A DNA stretch of 64,000 nucleotides, from assembly GCA_963813715.1 (NCBI GenBank), contig CAWFAK010000008.1:416001-480000 (forward strand), read 5' to 3'. Below the pieces are notes generated by a model. It saw nothing but the letters and a program-made list of their open reading frames with translations, was not told the origin of the DNA and did not search any database. This document shows positions 59,842-64,000 of the stretch, in pieces. Position 1 is the first letter of the stretch, and every line of letters begins with the position of its first letter. The position numbers were made by a program, and so were the translations under genes. This DNA is from an uncultured Planctomycetaceae bacterium (GTDB lineage Bacteria > Planctomycetota > Planctomycetia > Planctomycetales > Planctomycetaceae).

Positions 59842-62277
59842 CTAGGCTTGTTGTCGAGTGCCGCCGCGGCCCAGGTAGGCCTCGACCACGCGGGGGTCGG
59901 CCTGCACCTGGTCGAGCGTGCCGTGGGCCATGACGCTGCCTTCATTCAGCACGGTGACGGGCGCGTTGAGCAGACGTACAAACTCCATGTCGTGCTCGAT
60001 CACCATCACGCTGTGCTCATCCTGCAGCTCGAGCAGAAGCTCGGCCGTGAGCGCCGTTTCCTCGTCGGTGAGACCGGCGGCCGGCTCGTCGACCAGGAGC
60101 AAATGCGGACTGGCCAAAAGCAGCATGCTGATTTCCAGCCACTGTCGTTGTCCGTGGCTCAGATATTTCACGCGTTTGCCGGCCTCACGGTCGAGGCGGA
60201 CTCGCTTCAAGATGGAATAGATCCGGTCGCGATCGGCCGGCGTGGCTTTGTGGCGAAAGTTGCGTTGCAGGGCCTGCCGCCCGGGAAGCGCCAGCTCCAT
60301 GCTCTCGAAGACGGTCAGCCCGTCGAAGATGCTGGGCGTCTGAAACTTGCGGCCGACGCCCAGTCGCGCGATGTCGACCTCCGGAATGTGCGTGATTTCG
60401 GTCTTACCGAAAAAGATCTGCCCGCTGGTCGCCCGGGTCTTGCCGCTGATCACGTCGCAGAGGGTCGTCTTGCCGGCACCGTTGGGGCCGATGACGACCT
60501 GCAGCTCATAGTAGTCGATGCTGAATTGGTCGATGTCGAGGGCTTTGAAGCCGTCGAAAATCACCTTCACGTTTTCCACCCGCACCAGCTCCGTGTCGAG
60601 CAGCGAGCGGTGCTGAGACGAAAGCGTGCGTTCGCGCTGCAGGCTGTTGACCCGCTGCAGTCGCGTCTGCAGGCTGGCCGAGTTCTCGCCACCGTTGCCC
60701 TTCCCTTCGCCGGTGCCGTCGGAAGTCTCGAGCGGTTCGTCGCCAGTGTCAGCGTCGTCGCGGCGGCGGCGGAGCCAGTGCCAGGCTTCGATGCCGCTCT
60801 TGGGCAGGCTCACCAGTCCGTCGGGCAACAGCAGCACGACGGCGACGAACAGGCTGCCCAGCATGAACATCCAGTAGTCGGACCGCCACGTGAATAGATC
60901 GTACAAGCGATCGGGAATGCGGCCCTTGGCGAACCACAACATCTCGTGCTGCGACGTGAAGTACATGTAGGCCAGCTTCACGACGAGCGTGCCCAGGATT
61001 GCCCCGGACGAGCGTCGCGCGACCGCCGACGGCCACCCAAATCACCACCATGATCGATTCGAGCACCGACATATTGTGCGGCGTGATGATCAGCTTTTGC
61101 GGCACATAGAGCATGCCGCCCAGCCCGGCGAGCATCCCGCTGAGGGCGAACACGAAGACTTTGAAGTGGTAGGGCTCGTAGCCGAAGAAGCGGAGGCGGT
61201 TTTCGTTATCGCGAACGGCGATCAACACCTGGCCGACGCGCGAAGTGATGACAAAGCGGCACAGCGCATAGGCGCCGCCCAAGGCGAGCACCGTCAGCAC
61301 GTAGAGCCCCATGCGGGTGTTGTCGTCTGTGAGCAAGTAGCCGGCCAGACGGATGTCGGAGATCGACGCCAGCGTAACCGATTTGCCGTCGCCTTCGGGC
61401 ACCTTGACGGCGTCAACCCCCTCCTTCATCGCCAACGGGTGCGTGCCATTAGGGACGCTGACAAAGTACGTCGAACCGCTTTCGGTAAGCACGGCCCCTG
61501 GCATCGTTTTGATGTATTGCTCGAGCGCGGGCGTGATCACGCTGGGAGACAGCTTCTCCTCGGTGAGCCGCGTCCGGCTTGAGCTGCACCTGGATCTTTT
61601 CCTGCGGCACCCAGGATCACCCGGTCGAAACGGGTGAGTCCGTTCGTGCCGCCGCATTTGATGTCGTTGAGCGTGAAGATCAGCCAGGCGGCCAGCGCGA
61701 TGGCTTGCGTGAGCACCGCAAAGAACACGCCCCGCACGCGGCTGCGAAACACAAAGAAGCCGATGACTCCGGCCACGGCACCGGGGATCAACGCGCCCAG
61801 AATCAGCGTGCTCCACAAGCTCCAGAACGGTTTCCAGAACCAGGGGACCAGCGCGTCGGAGGGTTGCTCGCCGACTTTGTACGGATAGACGACGTACAGA
61901 CAGGCGGGCAGCTTCCAGCCGTTGTGATCGATGATGCCTTCCGGCCCGCCGTGATGGGCCAGGTACATGCCCATCGCATAACCGCCCAGGCAGAAGAAGA
62001 GCGCCTGGCACAGGCACAACAGTCCCGCGTAGCCCCAAACCAGGTCGAGACTGACGGCCACGATGGCAAAAGCCAGGTATTGTCCCAGCAGGTTTACGCT
62101 GACGATGCTCATCTGGTCGTAGTGATAGAGCAGCGGCACCCCGACCAGCGCAACCAGAAAGATGACCCAGCTCGCTGCCGCGCGACGATAACGCTTCGAC
62201 GAACCAAGCAGACCGTTACGCGTCGGCATGAGCCCGGCGGACAGAGGCGGCTTTTTCGCTTGCGCCGTGTCAGACAT
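59842..62277 (-). CDS. urtC: Urea ABC transporter permease UrtC fused to the ATPase UrtD (indels near 61610, 61575 and 61010)
   Basis: LDLVWGYAGLLCLCQALFF, FRSRVRGVFFAVLTQA, GGTNGLT, AVRDNENRLRFFGY, VIWVAVGGRATL; the last TM helix runs in frame into FDGFKAL...GPNGAGKTT...GRKFQTP...LSHGQRQWLEI...VIEHDM...EAYLG (UrtD). Confidence 0.85.
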
Positions 62278-64000
62278 CGGCGAGCCTCCCCTTTGGCGGG
62301 AAGAGCCCGGCCGGTCTCCATTGAATGAAGATCACGACAGCCAACAGGATCAGCACGCGGGCCCAACGCGTCTGCACGTCCTGCCGAGCAGGTCGGTCCA
62401 CATCACGTTTCGCAAGAAGCCGATCGTCGCGGCCACCGCACCGAACACGTACAGCGAAAACAGCTTGCCGACTTGGGGCCGCGACCAGAAGCGGATGGCA
62501 AAAGGCAGCGGCACGGGGACCAGCAGGGTCAACCAGCCCCAACCGCGACTTTCGCGAAACGCGCGGACGGTGAGCACGATCCAGCAGGTCAGCATGATGG
62601 CCAGGCCGATCGAGAGAATCGCCACGCCGAAGGTGGTCGGTTCGAGCGAGCTTGTCCAGCACGCCCATGCCGAGCCCGGCCCAAACCGAGCCGGCCAGCG
62701 CGCCGACGCCGCCGACGACCACGACCAGGAACGAGTCGACGATGTAGTTCTGTCCCATGTCGGGCGTGACGCCGGCAATCGACGTCAGGGCATAGCCGGC
62801 GACGCCTGCCAGTCCGGCCCCCAGTGCGAACGTAAAGCCGTCGACGCGGCGGGTGGCGACGCCGAGCGTTTCGGCCGTCGTGCGACCCTGCACGGTCGCG
62901 CGGATCTTGAGGCCGATGGGCGTGAAGTTCATCAATAAATAGACGAAGAGCACGCACAGGGCGCACAGGCCCAGAATGAAGCAGCGGGCGTACTCGATGC
63001 CGAAGTCGGGCAGCACCTCAAAGCCGCCGATCAGCCACGTCGGGCTATTGACGCCGATATTGTCGCCGTAGCGGACGCGGGCCGCCTGAATCAGGATCAG
63101 GCTCACGCCCCAGGTCGCCAGCAGCGTTTCGAGCGGGCGGCCGTACAAGTGCCGCACCACGATCAGCTCGATCAGCCAGCCGACGGCGGCCGCGGCGAGA
63201 AAGGCAACCGGAAAGGCGGCGATGAAGTACCAGTTCGACGGATGATCGGGCGAATGGCCGAACGCCCGCTGCATTTCGTAGGTCGCGTAAGCCCCGATCA
63301 TCATCAGCTCGCCGTGGGCCATGTTGATGACGCCCATCTGGCCGTAAATGATCGACAGTCCGAGGGCCATCAGGATCAGCACGGAGCCGAGCGACAGGCC
63401 GTTGGTCAGGTTGCGGCCCCAACTGATCCAGTACTGGTAGCGTTCGACCGAATGGATCGCTTCCTGATAAACGGACAGCTCGCCGGCGGGAACGGTTCCC
63501 CCATCGATCTGCTGTTGGAAGTATTGCGCAGCCGGCAGGCTGTGGAGCTTGCCCAGCTCGGTGACGGCGGACAGGCGCTGGTCGGCGGGCTGGTCGGCCA
63601 CGTCCCCGGCCACGCGGATCATCAGCGCGCCTTCCCGCGCGGTGCGGCGGACGCGGCTGTCATCGTCGGACTCGGCGATTTTCTCGAGCGTCTCCAGGAA
63701 GGCGGAGTCGCGGCTCTCGCCCAGGCGGCGGGCCGAGGCGGCACGCTTCTCCGGGTCGCTCGACGTGTAATCCTGCAGGAAGCGAATCACATTTTGCAGC
63801 AGTTGCCCCTCCGGGCGCGTCGGCCGCAAGTTACGCAGGTCGTCCGCGCCGACGACCAACGGCTTCCCCTGCGGATCGGTGAGGGGTTGGCGACTGAGCG
63901 GATCGAGCAGCGCGGCCGTCTGCTTGCGACCGGCCGACTTGATCTCTTCGCAGAGCACGACCTGCTTTCTGAGCGCGTACAGGTTCCGTTCTTGAAACGA
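62270..64000 (-). CDS. urtB: Urea ABC transporter permease UrtB with an N-terminal HEAT-like domain (5' end outside the window; compensating indels near 62650 and 62380)
   Basis: GLSLGSVLILMALGLSIIYGQMGVINMAHGE, LYGRPLETLLATWG, YIVDSFLVVVVGGVG and FIQWRPAGLFPPKGR motifs. Confidence 0.9.
   Translation of the reverse strand, partial: SFQERNLYALRKQVVLCEEIKSAGRKQTAALLDPLSRQPLTDPQGKPLVVGADDLRNLRPTRPEGQLLQNVIRFLQDYTSSDPEKRAASARRLGESRDSAFLETLEKIAESDDDSRVRRTAREGALMIRVAGDVADQPADQRLSAVTELGKLHSLPAAQYFQQQIDGGTVPAGELSVYQEAIHSVERYQYWISWGRNLTNGLSLGSVLILMALGLSIIYGQMGVINMAHGELMMIGAYATYEMQRAFGHSPDHPSNWYFIAAFPVAFLAAAAVGWLIELIVVRHLYGRPLETLLATWGVSLILIQAARVRYGDNIGVNSPTWLIGGFEVLPDFGIEYARCFILGLCALCVLFVYLLMNFTPIGLKIRATVQGRTTAETLGVATRRVDGFTFALGAGLAGVAGYALTSIAGVTPDMGQNYIVDSFLVVVVGGVGALAGSVWAGLGMGVLDKLARTDHLRRGDSLDRPGHHADLLDRAHRPRVSRKSRLGLVDPAGPRAAAFCHPLLVAAPSRQAVFAVRVRCGGRDDRLLAKRDVDRPARQDVQTRWARVLILLAVVIFIQWRPAGLFPPKGRLADV

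Noticed and set aside
1..64000. CRISPR array, rRNA, prophage or recognisable defence genes
   Set aside because: No regularly spaced direct repeats, rRNA signatures, or phage or cas motifs were noticed by eye.

Overview
High-GC bacterial DNA, very likely a Planctomycete (inferred from the PEP-CTERM/exosortase genes, BlaI/M56 pair, secretin-N-like module and FHA/beta-propeller operon). About 25 apparent single-base indels break otherwise ordinary genes and probably reflect uncorrected long-read errors. Contents in order: the 3' end of queA; a TMTC-like TPR glycosyltransferase; a tRNA-Ile with the rare UAU anticodon; glcD and glcE separated by a BlaI/M56/secreted mosaic protein block and a 985-bp DDE insertion sequence that sits inside a REP-like palindrome; HTTM-like, ankyrin, GT2 and HEAT-repeat genes; an 8-gene acyl-CoA catabolic cluster (His-phosphatase, ACAD, APH kinase, ACAD, FadJ-like, thiolase, FadD-like, atypical FabD-like); an ankyrin gene with a promoter-bounded structured 5' leader that could act as a translational switch; a 4-gene FHA/beta-propeller/solute-binding-protein operon; an EPS/PEP-CTERM locus with an apparent exosortase-TPR fusion and EpsI; DUF1990, TrmH, DUF309 and RraA genes; and a urea-type ABC transporter in which UrtC is fused to UrtD and carries an inserted segment resembling an AcrB docking subdomain. 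All calls come from reading motifs by eye; no database searches were run.
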